A DNA stretch of 64,000 nucleotides from Candidatus Woesebacteria bacterium. GTDB lineage: Bacteria > Patescibacteriota > Microgenomatia > UBA8517. Below are positions 52,440-62,425 of this stretch, one piece after another. Both the position numbers and the translations under genes were made by a program. The stretch is from contig JAGVAE010000001.1 of NCBI GenBank assembly GCA_020060565.1, positions 66,671-130,670 of the forward strand, in the 5' to 3' direction. Each line of letters begins with the position of its first letter. The first letter of the stretch is position 1. A model generated the notes under the pieces. That model had not been told where the DNA came from. It ran no database searches and saw only the letters and a program-made list of their open reading frames with translations.

Positions 52440-53672
52440 ATGTCTTTGAGGTTGAATTTCAAAAAAGCGCGCAATTTTATTTTTGCGGTAATTATTATCA
52501 GTATTTCTTTTGTAGGTGGATATTATCTTGGAGTACAAGGATATAAAGCAGAGGTAACGAAGACTTTAGAAGTCACAATAAGTAGACAGATCCCACTTGA
52601 TAAAAATGTAGATTTTACTCTTTTTTGGCAAGTTTGGGATACGGTATCTTCAAAGTATTTTGATAAAACAAAATTAGATCCAACGCAGATGGTTTATGGT
52701 GCAGTTTCTGGAATGGTGAGTTCTATTGGGGATCCATATACAATGTTTTTGCCCCCGACACAAAACAAGATTGTTAATGAAAACTTAAATGGGAATTTTG
52801 AGGGAGTAGGAATTTCCATTGGTTATAGAGAAGGAACTTTAGCAGTTCTTTCCCCGCTTCCTGAATCTCCGGCGGAGAAATCTGGTGTCAAAGCAGGGGA
52901 CTATATAGTTCATATTAAAGACGAAAGGAAAAATATTGATACAGATTCCTCAAAAATGGCATTGGATTTAGCAGTTGCCTATATTAGGGGCTCTGCGGGA
53001 TCAAAAGTGACATTGACTTTAATACGTGATGGAAACACTGAACCAATAATAGTTGATTTAATTCGTGCAAAACTTGAAGTGCCATCACTTAACTTAACTT
53101 GGGTGGGGGATAATTCTAACATTGCCAATATTCAGATAAGTACTTTTGGGGCAGAAACGCCGAAAGAATGGGATAAAGCAGTTAGACAAATTACAGATAG
53201 AAAGGATGTGGCAGGAATCATAATTGATCTTAGAAACAATGGCGGTGGATATATGCAGGATGCAATTGATATTGCTTCTGACTTTGTTCCATATGGAAAA
53301 ACTATAGTCATACAAGAAAACGGAAATGGGACGAAACAAAACTATAAATCACAGAAATCTCCAAGGCTTCTGAGTTATAAAACTGTTGTACTGGTTAATA
53401 AATGGAGTGCTTCAGCATCAGAAATTTTAGCGGGCGCACTAAGGGATATTTCAGATATTAAACTTATTGGAGATAAAAGCTTTGGAAAGGGAACAATTCA
53501 GGAGCCAATAGATATTGCAGGAGGAAGTGGTATTCACATTACAACCGCCAGATGGCTTACACCCAATGGAACCTGGGTACACGATAAAGGTTTAACTCCT
53601 GACAAAGAGATTGTTAATGAGGATGTCACAAACGACCTTCAACTTAAAACAGCGATAGAATACTTCAAATAA
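52440..53672 (+). CDS. C-terminal processing (tail-specific) peptidase, family S41, with PDZ domain
   Basis: N-terminal TM. PDZ (GVGISIGYREGTLAVLSPLPESPAEKSGVKAGDYIV). Catalytic region IIDLRNNGGG...SASASE...GDKSFGKG. Confidence 0.85.
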   Translation: MSLRLNFKKARNFIFAVIIISISFVGGYYLGVQGYKAEVTKTLEVTISRQIPLDKNVDFTLFWQVWDTVSSKYFDKTKLDPTQMVYGAVSGMVSSIGDPYTMFLPPTQNKIVNENLNGNFEGVGISIGYREGTLAVLSPLPESPAEKSGVKAGDYIVHIKDERKNIDTDSSKMALDLAVAYIRGSAGSKVTLTLIRDGNTEPIIVDLIRAKLEVPSLNLTWVGDNSNIANIQISTFGAETPKEWDKAVRQITDRKDVAGIIIDLRNNGGGYMQDAIDIASDFVPYGKTIVIQENGNGTKQNYKSQKSPRLLSYKTVVLVNKWSASASEILAGALRDISDIKLIGDKSFGKGTIQEPIDIAGGSGIHITTARWLTPNGTWVHDKGLTPDKEIVNEDVTNDLQLKTAIEYFK

Positions 53673-53682
53673 AAAAAGGGGG

Positions 53683-53886
53683 TTAAAGAGCTGAATCGAT
53701 CTTTCCAATAGTGTTAAATTGTCTTCCGTTATGGTTGGGGTCTAATATTTGAACTTCTACACCACCAATTTCTACACTTGCGCTCCCAGCTTGTGTGGCT
53801 CCATCCATTGCTTTCTCAAAGTTTTTAATTTCAAGTAAACAACTTTCGATTGCACCCAATTTAGGTTCTCTATCAATAATGTTCAT
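53683..53886 (-). CDS. Hypothetical small protein (67 aa)
   Basis: Intact ORF downstream of the release-factor gene. No family recognised. Confidence 0.3.
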   Translation of the reverse strand: MNIIDREPKLGAIESCLLEIKNFEKAMDGATQAGSASVEIGGVEVQILDPNHNGRQFNTIGKIDSAL

Positions 53887-53911
53887 ACAGACTATTTTAC
53901 ACCTATAGTTA

Positions 53912-54610
53912 TCAGGCTGTCAACACCTTAGTAAACTCGATTACTTTGTCCAAGTCGCCGTCCATTATAAGTTCCAATTTTCCCCAGGATTTGCCAAGTC
54001 TGTGGTCAGTAACTCTGTCTTGGGGGAAGTTGTAGGTTCTTATTTTTTCACTTCTCATTCCACGTCCAATAATTGATCTATAACCTGCAACAGTTCTTAG
54101 TTTTTCTTCTTCCTGTTTTTCCCAAAGTTTGGAACGTAGTAGGTTTAAGGCAATCTCCCTGTTTTGTACTTGGAAACGCTCTTCTCTGGCCTGAACGACA
54201 ATTCCTGTTGGTTTATGTGTGAGCCTTACGGCTGTAGCTACTTTATTTACATTCTGTCCACCATGTCCGCCACCTGTTGTAAATTGCCACTCAAGGTCTT
54301 GTGGGTTAATCTGAACGTCTGTTTCGTGAACTTCGGGCAAGACCACCACTGTTGCTGTAGAAGTATGGATTCTGCCACGTTTTTCTGTAGTTGGAACTCT
54401 CTGGACTCTATGAACCCCAGATTCATTTTTCAAAGCATCAAAGACTCCTATCCCACTAATTCTTATCGTTTTATCATCCATCTGAATCATTTTCCAGTTC
54501 TTATTGACTGCAAAGCGTATATACATCCTAAGAAGATCGCTGCCCCAAAGTTTGGCTTCATCTCCACCTGTAGCACCACGAATTTCTAAATAAGCAATTT
54601 GGTTATCCAT
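53912..54610 (-). CDS. prfA: Class I peptide chain release factor, RF1-type (PxT = PTT; GGQ), lacking N-terminal domain 1
   Basis: Begins at the domain-2 boundary ([19 protein letters not shown]...), then [22 protein letters not shown] (RF1 PxT region), [12 protein letters not shown] (GGQ) and the domain-4 [14 protein letters not shown]. An in-frame stop lies 60 nt upstream of the ATG, so an N-terminal domain cannot be encoded. Confidence 0.78.
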   Translation of the reverse strand: MDNQIAYLEIRGATGGDEAKLWGSDLLRMYIRFAVNKNWKMIQMDDKTIRISGIGVFDALKNESGVHRVQRVPTTEKRGRIHTSTATVVVLPEVHETDVQINPQDLEWQFTTGGGHGGQNVNKVATAVRLTHKPTGIVVQAREERFQVQNREIALNLLRSKLWEKQEEEKLRTVAGYRSIIGRGMRSEKIRTYNFPQDRVTDHRLGKSWGKLELIMDGDLDKVIEFTKVLTA

Positions 54611-54911
54611 TTCGAAGTTCGGAAAGCGAAGTCGGCCTTTCTGATTCTTCTGTAAGCCTTTTCTCTTTCTTTAATTGTCTTTTCTCGGTTTTACTCATAA
54701 TTTTCTTTCCCGCTCCTGCCACCTTGGCCTTAAATGAATCAACACGTCCAGCCGTATCCACAAATCTCATTGTTCCTGTATAGAATGGGTGACAGGCATA
54801 ACAAATTTCAACTTTGAGTTCGGGAACTACTGCCCCTGTTGTGAATGTGTTTCCACAGGCACAAGTTATTTTTGCTTCTTCATACCATTTTGGGTGAATG
54901 TTAGCTTTCAT
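54603..54911 (-). CDS. rpmE: 50S ribosomal protein L31, with a C-terminal extension of about 30 aa
   Basis: [23 protein letters not shown].....[16 protein letters not shown] is canonical L31. The ORF continues ...[30 protein letters not shown] and its stop overlaps the RF start. Confidence 0.8.
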   Translation of the reverse strand: MKANIHPKWYEEAKITCACGNTFTTGAVVPELKVEICYACHPFYTGTMRFVDTAGRVDSFKAKVAGAGKKIMSKTEKRQLKKEKRLTEESERPTSLSELRNG

Positions 54912-54916
54912 GAGGC

Positions 54917-55825
54917 TCAATTATACTGTTTTTTCTTGTACTCCGCAAGGAATACTCCAACAGCAACGATTGCAGATCCGATAATTATAGGGATAGTTAT
55001 TTTTTCATTTAACCAAACAACGGCAAGCGGAATTCCAAAAATTGGATATAAATAAGCAAAAAGACCGACCTCGCCAATCTCGATAGATTTTTGAGCCCTA
55101 TGCCAAAGAATATAAGCAATAGTACCCGAAAGTACTGCCATATAAAATACCCCAAGGTGATAGCTTATGGGAACGGAAGTTAAAATCTGGAATTTAGAAT
55201 TTAGAATTTGGGGGAGGGTAAAAGGAGCAAAAGCAAGAAAACCAATAATAAAAGACAGATTAGTGACAGTAATAGCATCCACCCCTTTTCTTAGAATCTT
55301 TTTTGACAAAACAGCGGTTGCAGCTCCACTTATAATTGAAGCAAAAACTAATAAATTTCCCTCAAGTCCTCCAAAACTTGCCCCATTTTTAAAAATGGGC
55401 TCAATTATCATAATAAAAGTTCCTGTAAGGGCAATTAAAAGCCCAATACTTTCTCTTTTTGTAACGCGCTCCTTGAGGAATAAAACACCAGCTATAGCAA
55501 TGGTAATGGGAGACATAGCTGAAATTAAATTTGAATCTATTGAACTTGTTTTATTTATCCCCAAAAATAAAAGTCCTAGTCCGACCGAGGTGAAAATCAA
55601 ACCGTACAATAAAACAAAAATAATAGTTTTTTTGTCTTTTGGCAGTTTAATTCCAGAGAACATAAAAAAGAAGATAGCAATAATAGCTGAGATAAAAAAA
55701 CGGTATGTCAGAAATACAGCGGGGGAGAATCCTCCCAAAGTATATTTAATAATAGGTGTTGCCATTCCCCAGATCAAAGAAACAATAAGAAGTTCTATAT
55801 AAGCACGTTTTCGGACAGGATTCAT
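54917..55825 (-). CDS. EamA/DMT-family transporter (10 TM)
   Basis: Two EamA-like halves, each with about 5 TM helices. Contains a LNSKFQIL segment encoded by an AT-rich repeat variant. Confidence 0.75.
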   Translation of the reverse strand: MNPVRKRAYIELLIVSLIWGMATPIIKYTLGGFSPAVFLTYRFFISAIIAIFFFMFSGIKLPKDKKTIIFVLLYGLIFTSVGLGLLFLGINKTSSIDSNLISAMSPITIAIAGVLFLKERVTKRESIGLLIALTGTFIMIIEPIFKNGASFGGLEGNLLVFASIISGAATAVLSKKILRKGVDAITVTNLSFIIGFLAFAPFTLPQILNSKFQILTSVPISYHLGVFYMAVLSGTIAYILWHRAQKSIEIGEVGLFAYLYPIFGIPLAVVWLNEKITIPIIIGSAIVAVGVFLAEYKKKQYN

Positions 55826-55849
55826 GGATCAATTATCAATTACCAATTT

Positions 55850-56734
55850 TTAATTTTCAATGAGATCCACAATTCTGTCGATCCCAAAGGAAAAACCAAC
55901 AGCGGGAATATCGCGACCAGCAAACATTCCAATCAAATTATCATATCTTCCGCCACCCCCGACAGAAAGCCCACCGACAGCTTTATCAAGTTTCAGCTCA
56001 AAAATTGTAGAAGTGTAATAATCCAAACCCCGTGCTAGAAATGGATTAAATGTGAAGTCAATTTCTTTTTTAAACCCATCTTTCTCTAAGCTGTCGAATA
56101 TTCTTACTAAACGATCAGTTTTTTCTGATTTATCAAGTTTTTCAAGGCTTCCAGTTATTTTCTCCACTTCCTCACTGCCAATTTTGTCAATTTTATCAAT
56201 TGTGATTATTTGTTCTTTGGTGAAACCTAATTCATCAAAAATCTCTCTGTCATTGATTTGGATTATGGCATTTTCCAAACCAATCTTTCTAGCACCTTTA
56301 ATTGCAGCCTCAATTACCCTTACGTCTTCTTTGGTATCATCTGATCCTACAGTATCAAAATCAAATTGGGTAAATTCACGCCTTCTGCCGCGTTGTGGAT
56401 TCTCACCACGGAATACCTGACCTATTTGGTATCTACTAAATGTTGGATTTAGAAGCCCTAAATTATTAGCTACAAAACGGGCTAGGGGAACGGTAAGATC
56501 ATATCTTAATGCCAACTTTCTTCCTCCCATATCAGTAAGTTGATAAATTAATTTTTCATCTTCACCATATTTTCCAAGTAATGTTTCTGCAAATTCAAGA
56601 GTGGGAGTTTCAAGAGGCAGAAAGCCGTAATCTTCCAAGACGTCTGCGATAGCATTAAGCATCGTACGCCTTGCTCTTGCTTCATCAGGTATAATATCTC
56701 CAAAACCTTTTGGTGTAGGTGGCCCTTTTTGCAT
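55850..56734 (-). CDS. hisS: Histidyl-tRNA synthetase-like class II catalytic core, without an anticodon-binding domain (HisRS/HisZ-like)
   Basis: KGFGDIIPDE..., motif 1 region, RYDLTVPLARF (His A), FRGENPQRGRRREFTQ (motif 2) and GGGRYDNL...AVGFSFGIDRI (motif 3 / His B). The protein ends 8 residues after motif 3 and the next gene starts 25 nt downstream. Confidence 0.72.
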   Translation of the reverse strand: MQKGPPTPKGFGDIIPDEARARRTMLNAIADVLEDYGFLPLETPTLEFAETLLGKYGEDEKLIYQLTDMGGRKLALRYDLTVPLARFVANNLGLLNPTFSRYQIGQVFRGENPQRGRRREFTQFDFDTVGSDDTKEDVRVIEAAIKGARKIGLENAIIQINDREIFDELGFTKEQIITIDKIDKIGSEEVEKITGSLEKLDKSEKTDRLVRIFDSLEKDGFKKEIDFTFNPFLARGLDYYTSTIFELKLDKAVGGLSVGGGGRYDNLIGMFAGRDIPAVGFSFGIDRIVDLIEN

Positions 56735-56738
56735 GAAA

Positions 56739-57776
56739 CTATGATACCACGAAGATTGTGCGGACGGAAAGATTACCTTTAATGTCTATGGTTGTGACGT
56801 AAATAATTACGTCATCTTTTTGAATGTTTACGAGCTTGGCGATCGATACTTTCTCTTTCTCGACAGCCATAATGTCTGTTTTTGAGTTTGGTTGTATGGT
56901 CTCTTCAGTATTATCCGGAATGGTATTTACGGTAAGTGTCTTAGTGGCTACTGTGGCAACTTTAGCTTGGCTTACACTAACTTTTGGTTCAGTTACTGGA
57001 TCTGTGATTAGAATTCTTTGAGCGGCAAGAACCGAATTTCCATTAATATAGCCCATGGCAACAATGAAATCTCCTATGGCAATATCAGCAACTTTGACTT
57101 GTTTATTTGTTGTTCCTTTTGCATTAATCACATCCGTAGATTCTGAGTTTACTGAAATTTGTTTGATCTCACTATTCATAGTCTTAATTTCAAGTGTTGA
57201 ATCGGTTATATCTGTAACAGTTCCTATATATGCTTTGGGGCGGTTGATTGTGTTTGCAACATCTTGTGCGACCTTGGCTCTTATATCACTAGTTCCTGAT
57301 GCTTCACTTTTTGTTGGGGCATCTGTAGGCAATGTTCTTGTTTGAAAACTTGATGAATAAACTACTAATACTTCAGTAACGCTAGGTTTGACGCCATTAG
57401 TACCTCCTTCAGGATAGAATGCGGTAACCTTGATTTGGTTTACTCCAGGAGTCAAATCAACCTCTTGAGAAAAAACACCATTTGTATCTGATTGGATAAT
57501 ATAATCACTCTCGTCTCCTGCAACTGTTATCCAACTTAAAGGTTTGGTAAGACCTGAAACATTAACAGTATCGGTAGTTACAACATCATCGTTCTCTGGT
57601 TTGTCCAAAACTATTTTAAATTCACCTGGAGTTGAGGATTTGGGAGTAGGACTTTGGGTGTTTATATCTTGATTTTTATTCTTTGGTATAGAGGAGTTGA
57701 TTCTCCAGACACCAAAAGCAACAACAAGGCCCAGAATGATTCCTCCAATCACGGCATAAATAACCTCTTTTCTCAT
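56739..57776 (-). CDS. Membrane-anchored extracytoplasmic protein (N-terminal TM, T/S/V-rich beta-rich ectodomain)
   Basis: TM helix at residues 5-25 and a beta-strand-like composition. Lies 4 nt upstream of the hisS-like gene on the same strand. Confidence 0.45.
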   Translation of the reverse strand: MRKEVIYAVIGGIILGLVVAFGVWRINSSIPKNKNQDINTQSPTPKSSTPGEFKIVLDKPENDDVVTTDTVNVSGLTKPLSWITVAGDESDYIIQSDTNGVFSQEVDLTPGVNQIKVTAFYPEGGTNGVKPSVTEVLVVYSSSFQTRTLPTDAPTKSEASGTSDIRAKVAQDVANTINRPKAYIGTVTDITDSTLEIKTMNSEIKQISVNSESTDVINAKGTTNKQVKVADIAIGDFIVAMGYINGNSVLAAQRILITDPVTEPKVSVSQAKVATVATKTLTVNTIPDNTEETIQPNSKTDIMAVEKEKVSIAKLVNIQKDDVIIYVTTIDIKGNLSVRTIFVVS

Positions 57777-57806
57777 CGTTGACCAATATAAAGGAATAAT
57801 ATAATA

Positions 57807-58472
57807 TTGTCAATTGAAATGGATATTACTTATTTAGGACATTCTTCATTTAAGATTAAAACCAAATTGGCCTCTGTGATTACCGATCCCTTTGATCCGA
57901 AGGAGGTAGGTCTAAAATATTCGGCGACAGAAGGAGAAATAGTTACAGTTTCACATAATCATCTTGATCATAATGTGGTAGATAAAGTTACATCAATTAA
58001 AAAGATAATTGATGGACCCGGTGAGTATGAGATTTTAGGAATAAGTATCATGGGATATAGAACTTTCCACGATGCTAAAGATGGGGCAGAAAGAGGGGAA
58101 AATACAATATATGTAATTGAGGCTGAAGGGCTTAGAATTGTTCATCTTGGAGATTTGGGACATCCACTAAGCAATGATTTGATTGATGAAATAGGGGATG
58201 TGGATGTTCTTATGATTCCGGTTGGTGGATTTTTTACAATTGGACCAAAAGAAGCAACTGAAGTAGTAAGTAAAATTGGTCCATCCTTTGTTATTCCTAT
58301 GCATTATAAAGCTTCGGGAATGAATCTAGGTTTGGGGGATAAATTATTACAATTAGAAGATTTCTTAAAAGAATGTGGTATCGTAACTGAAAATTTGCCC
58401 AAGTTTTCTATAAAGAAAGAAGATATATTAGAAGATCAGAGTACTAAAATAATAGTGCTTGAAAAAAAGTAG
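57807..58472 (+). CDS. Metallo-beta-lactamase-fold metal-dependent hydrolase (UPF0173-like)
   Basis: ITYLGHSSFKI... and HNHLDH (HxHxDH motif). Confidence 0.75.
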   Translation: MSIEMDITYLGHSSFKIKTKLASVITDPFDPKEVGLKYSATEGEIVTVSHNHLDHNVVDKVTSIKKIIDGPGEYEILGISIMGYRTFHDAKDGAERGENTIYVIEAEGLRIVHLGDLGHPLSNDLIDEIGDVDVLMIPVGGFFTIGPKEATEVVSKIGPSFVIPMHYKASGMNLGLGDKLLQLEDFLKECGIVTENLPKFSIKKEDILEDQSTKIIVLEKK

Positions 58473-58490
58473 CTGCCCTTCAAAAAATAA

Positions 58491-59810
58491 ATGGCTACTC
58501 AAAACACTAACGTCAGAGTTCCTCCTCATTCTCAGGAAGCGGAAGAGTCTGTGTTGGGAGCAATGTTTTTGGACAAAGACGCTATTATTGCCGTTGCTGA
58601 ATTTTTACTTCCTGAAGATTTTTACGACGAAAGATTAAAGGTTGTCTATGAAGCCTGCCTTGATTTATATGAGGAAAGGGTTCCTATTGATGTTTTAACG
58701 GTTACAGAAAAACTTAAAAAGAAAAAAATACTTAAAAATATTGGATCTTCATTTTTAGCCGATCTTGCAAATAAAGTTCCAACGGCGGCTCACGTTGAAC
58801 ACTATGGAAAAATTGTAAAAGATACGGCAACAAAAAGATCATTGTTGTCTGCGGCAGGGAGGCTTGTGGAAAGCTCTATGGATGAAAGTATGACTGCAGC
58901 TGAGCTTATGGATTCAGCAGAAAGCCAAATTTTTTCACTTTCCCAAAAAAGCACGTCTCAAAGTTTCACTGCGGTCAAAACCGCACTTGCAGAAAGTTTT
59001 GACAGACTTGACGAACTACATAAACAAGGTGAGGGGATGCGTGGGGTTCCTACTGGATTTTCCGATTTAGATGATGCCTTAGCTGGTATGCAAAAAAGCA
59101 ATCTTATTATTTTAGCAGCAAGGCCTGGAGTAGGGAAGACGTCGCTTGCCATGAATATTGCTCAATATGTTGCTGTAAATCTGAAGCGTTGTGTTGGTTT
59201 CTTCTCACTTGAAATGAGTAAGGAGGAGTTGGTTGATAGACTTCTTGTGGGACAGGCAGACATTGATGCGTGGAAGCTTAAAACCGGAAAACTTGACGAA
59301 GATGACTTTACTAAGTTAAGTAATGCCATGGGGGAGTTGGCTGAGGCTCCACTATATATAGATGATACACCAGCTCTTTCCGTTCTAGAAATGCGAACAA
59401 AAGCAAGAAGACTTCAGGTAGAAAATGGCTTAGACTTTTTAGTTGTAGATTATCTTCAACTTGCCCGGTCTCGTAATCTTGAAAATAGAGTCCAAGAAGT
59501 TTCGGAAATCTCACAAGGAATGAAAAATTTAGCCCGTGAACTTAAAATTCCAGTGTTGGTTCTTTCCCAGTTATCTCGTGCGGTAGAAACCAGAGGAGGA
59601 AAAAAACCACAATTATCAGATCTTCGTGAATCGGGAAGCATAGAGCAAGACTCAGACGTTGTTATGTTCTTATGGCGTGAGGATGATGAAAATAGCGAAA
59701 ATATGATACTTGATATTGCCAAACATAGAAATGGACCCTTAAGAAGTATCCCACTTCACTTTAGAGGAGATAGGATTAAGTTCTTCAGCCGTGATGTTAA
59801 ACACAAGTGA
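58491..59810 (+). CDS. dnaB: Replicative DNA helicase DnaB
   Basis: N-terminal domain (PHSQEAEESVLGAMF), Walker A ARPGVGKTS, H2-H4 motifs (...SLEMS..., VVDYLQL, SQLSR). Confidence 0.9.
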   Translation: MATQNTNVRVPPHSQEAEESVLGAMFLDKDAIIAVAEFLLPEDFYDERLKVVYEACLDLYEERVPIDVLTVTEKLKKKKILKNIGSSFLADLANKVPTAAHVEHYGKIVKDTATKRSLLSAAGRLVESSMDESMTAAELMDSAESQIFSLSQKSTSQSFTAVKTALAESFDRLDELHKQGEGMRGVPTGFSDLDDALAGMQKSNLIILAARPGVGKTSLAMNIAQYVAVNLKRCVGFFSLEMSKEELVDRLLVGQADIDAWKLKTGKLDEDDFTKLSNAMGELAEAPLYIDDTPALSVLEMRTKARRLQVENGLDFLVVDYLQLARSRNLENRVQEVSEISQGMKNLARELKIPVLVLSQLSRAVETRGGKKPQLSDLRESGSIEQDSDVVMFLWREDDENSENMILDIAKHRNGPLRSIPLHFRGDRIKFFSRDVKHK

Positions 59811-59830
59811 TGTCAAAATGATATTGTTTT

Positions 59831-60058
59831 TTGCTAATGAAAGAATCTCAATTTACATATCCAGAACCTGGTAATCCCAAAAGATTAGAGGCATTAATGC
59901 AAGATCTTTCAATTGTTTCCGCTAATATTGCCGCTCACCTATACGAAAAACATAATGGTTTGCCCGCCAGTACTTGTCATCGTTGCATCACCTTAACAGC
60001 AACATACCAAGATCTTCAACTACTAATTACAATGGAACAGAAGGAAAAGACTATCTGA
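59831..60058 (+). CDS. Hypothetical small protein (75 aa)
   Basis: Intact ORF downstream of dnaB. No family recognised. Confidence 0.3.
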   Translation: MLMKESQFTYPEPGNPKRLEALMQDLSIVSANIAAHLYEKHNGLPASTCHRCITLTATYQDLQLLITMEQKEKTI

Positions 60059-60090
60059 TTACAAAGTGAGAAATCAAGTTTGTTTTTAAG

Positions 60091-60176
60091 TGCCGAGGAG
60101 AGGAGTCGAACCTCCACGGAGCTTTAGACTCCAATGGTTTTTGAGACCATCCTGTATACCATTTCAGCACCTCGGC
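60091..60176 (-). tRNA. tRNA-Leu (anticodon CAA), with a long variable arm
   Basis: Reverse complement GCCGAGGTGCTGAAATGGTATACAGGATGGTCTCAAAAACCATTGGAGTCTAAAGCTCCGTGGAGGTTCGACTCCTCTCCTCGGCA. Anticodon loop CTCAAAA, long variable arm, T-loop TTCGACT. Confidence 0.85.
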
Positions 60177-60210
60177 CTGGTATAATTTTAACACATTCGA
60201 AGCTAAATAG

Positions 60211-60672
60211 TTAGTTCTTAAGCCAGAGGATGGCTGCTGCAATTGTGGCGAGTTGAGTTAGAAGACCCCAAAATACAGTTGTGTCAACCTGTAAGGACTT
60301 TTGTAAAGTTAACCAATCTTTTAAAAACTTTGTTCTCATGTGTAGGAAAAAATAGGGGGCTTCAATAAGATCTGGAAGGACTGAGGCGAATGAAGCGAAC
60401 ATTATTGTAATTGCATGGGCTTTGTTTGGCATTACTTGCCAAGCAATAAGAGAGCCTGTAACAAGAGCCAGGGAGACGTCAAAGGCAATAATTACAATGC
60501 TTTTTTTTGTTGGGGCTCCATATTTTTTGGTTTCTGAAACAAGGTGTGGATTCCAATGTGGCACATGTTCCAAAACAAAGTGACTGGCAAAGGCTAGAGG
60601 GATTGCTAAAAAAGGATTAGGGATTTTTGTTGCAATTGCCGCTCCTACTGCAACATGGGGGGTTTCAAGCAT
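60211..60672 (-). CDS. Integral membrane protein (His-rich N-terminal motif, possible membrane-bound hydrolase)
   Basis: ...ASHFVLEHVPHWNPH..., four TM helices. Family uncertain. Confidence 0.4.
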   Translation of the reverse strand: MLETPHVAVGAAIATKIPNPFLAIPLAFASHFVLEHVPHWNPHLVSETKKYGAPTKKSIVIIAFDVSLALVTGSLIAWQVMPNKAHAITIMFASFASVLPDLIEAPYFFLHMRTKFLKDWLTLQKSLQVDTTVFWGLLTQLATIAAAILWLKN

Positions 60673-61308
60673 GGTGACTACTATGATATTATCTGGATGA
60701 TGGCAATTGCAAGTATATTAATTAATTTTGTTGGAAGTCTAACATTCCTATTTATTTTTTGGAAAAGACTTCGGGAGGATTATTCTTCTGAAATAGTTTT
60801 TAAAACCGCATTTAATATTCTGGTGGGTATACTTGTTGGGTCATTAATTTTTCTAAAATTTTCTCAAATCGGTTTTTTCTGGCCCGTTCTTGTTGGTGCA
60901 CTGGTTGGATTGGGACTGTCATTTTTTAGGTTTAGAGTAAGATTTTATGAAACCTTTGAAGCGTTTATAATTGCATCATTTCCCTGGATTGGACTAACAT
61001 TTTTACTTGATTCCATAACTCATTCTTCATTAACCTCTTTCTTTGCATTTATTGCGGTACTTATTTTTGTGTTTGCTGCATATTATTTGGACACTCATTA
61101 CAAAGATTTTAGCTGGTACAAATCCGGAAAAATTGGGTTTGCGGGGATTGTAACTTTAGGTATTTTTTTTATAGTTAGATCCACCCTTGCTATTTTTGGG
61201 ATACACATGATATCCTTTGTTGGTCTTAAAATCGAAGCGGTAGTTTCAGGCGCAGCCGCTTTTCTTTGTTTTATTTTACTTTTAAATTTAGCTAGGATTA
61301 AGGAATAG
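60655..61308 (+). CDS. Integral membrane protein (6-7 TM), hypothetical
   Basis: Hydrophobic ORF divergent from, and overlapping, the previous gene. Confidence 0.45.
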   Translation: MGGFKHGDYYDIIWMMAIASILINFVGSLTFLFIFWKRLREDYSSEIVFKTAFNILVGILVGSLIFLKFSQIGFFWPVLVGALVGLGLSFFRFRVRFYETFEAFIIASFPWIGLTFLLDSITHSSLTSFFAFIAVLIFVFAAYYLDTHYKDFSWYKSGKIGFAGIVTLGIFFIVRSTLAIFGIHMISFVGLKIEAVVSGAAAFLCFILLLNLARIKE

Positions 61309-61310
61309 CT

Positions 61311-61691
61311 ATGACAAAAATAAACACACCACCAAAGTTTCCATCAAATGTATTGATTCCGGTTTCCAACATGCTTAAAGGGAAACTTGCAAAATTGGAG
61401 AGAAGAGAAAAAGAAATAAGCAAAGAGGATCCTTTTAAGGACGTTAATAGGGTAAACGATAATGCGGCACCAGATATTGAAGCGGATGAACAGTTTGGTC
61501 ACGCAAGAACTTCAGCTATAAGATCAGAAATAGATAGGGCAACAATTCAGATCAGAAAGGCCCTAACACGTATAAAAGTTGGAAAGTACGGCATTTGTGA
61601 GGTGTGTGGACAAATGATTGATACAGATCGCCTTATGATTTATCCTGAAGCAACACTTTGCGCCAAAGACGCCGCAAAGAAGGAAAAATAG
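61311..61691 (+). CDS. DksA/TraR-family zinc-finger protein
   Basis: Coiled-coil N-terminal region, then GICEVCGQMIDTDRLMIYPEATLC (C-x2-C-x17-C). Confidence 0.65.
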   Translation: MTKINTPPKFPSNVLIPVSNMLKGKLAKLERREKEISKEDPFKDVNRVNDNAAPDIEADEQFGHARTSAIRSEIDRATIQIRKALTRIKVGKYGICEVCGQMIDTDRLMIYPEATLCAKDAAKKEK

Positions 61692-61707
61692 AGTACAATA
61701 GACCTCA

Positions 61708-62409
61708 ATGGAACCTAAAATAATCTTTGAAGATGAGTCTTTGTTTGTTGTAGATAAACCAACTGGTTGGATAACCAACGATGCGGATACAACAACTAAT
61801 CAACCTGTTCTTCAGACATGGTTTCGTAGTAATTTCCAATATCCAATATCCAATGACCAATTATTGCGGTCCGGAATTGTACACAGACTAGACAAAGAGA
61901 CCAGTGGAGTAATGATTGTTGCAAAGACGAAAGAGGCATTTGAGAAACTTCAATCCGAATTTAAAAATAGGGAAGTGAGTAAAACATATCTTGCATTATT
62001 ACATGGTCGAATGACTAATGGGGAAGGTAAAATAGAAGCTACTGTTGGTAGACTTCCATGGCACAGATCACGTTTTGGAGTTCTTCCTGGAGGACGTGAG
62101 TCAGCTACTGAATATAAAGTTTTAAAGTTTTATCCAGGAAATAACGCGGGCCATTCCCTGGTTGAATTTCATCCAAAGACGGGTCGGACTCATCAAATCA
62201 GAATTCATGCCAGACATGTTGGTCACGCAATTGTTGCAGACGAATTCTATGCAGGTAGAAAAACTGCTAGAAATGACAGAAAGTGGTGTCCAAGGCTTTT
62301 CTTGCACGCAGCCTCGATCAAATTTGTTCACCCTAAAGCCTCCAAAGTGGTAGAATATAAATCTGACCTACCTGAGGATTTGAAAGATGTGCTTCAAAAA
62401 CTCATTTAA
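61708..62409 (+). CDS. Pseudouridine synthase, RluA family
   Basis: GIVHRLDKETSGVMIVAKT (catalytic Asp motif). No S4 domain. Confidence 0.85.
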   Translation: MEPKIIFEDESLFVVDKPTGWITNDADTTTNQPVLQTWFRSNFQYPISNDQLLRSGIVHRLDKETSGVMIVAKTKEAFEKLQSEFKNREVSKTYLALLHGRMTNGEGKIEATVGRLPWHRSRFGVLPGGRESATEYKVLKFYPGNNAGHSLVEFHPKTGRTHQIRIHARHVGHAIVADEFYAGRKTARNDRKWCPRLFLHAASIKFVHPKASKVVEYKSDLPEDLKDVLQKLI

Positions 62410-62425
62410 GCTATACTTATAGATA

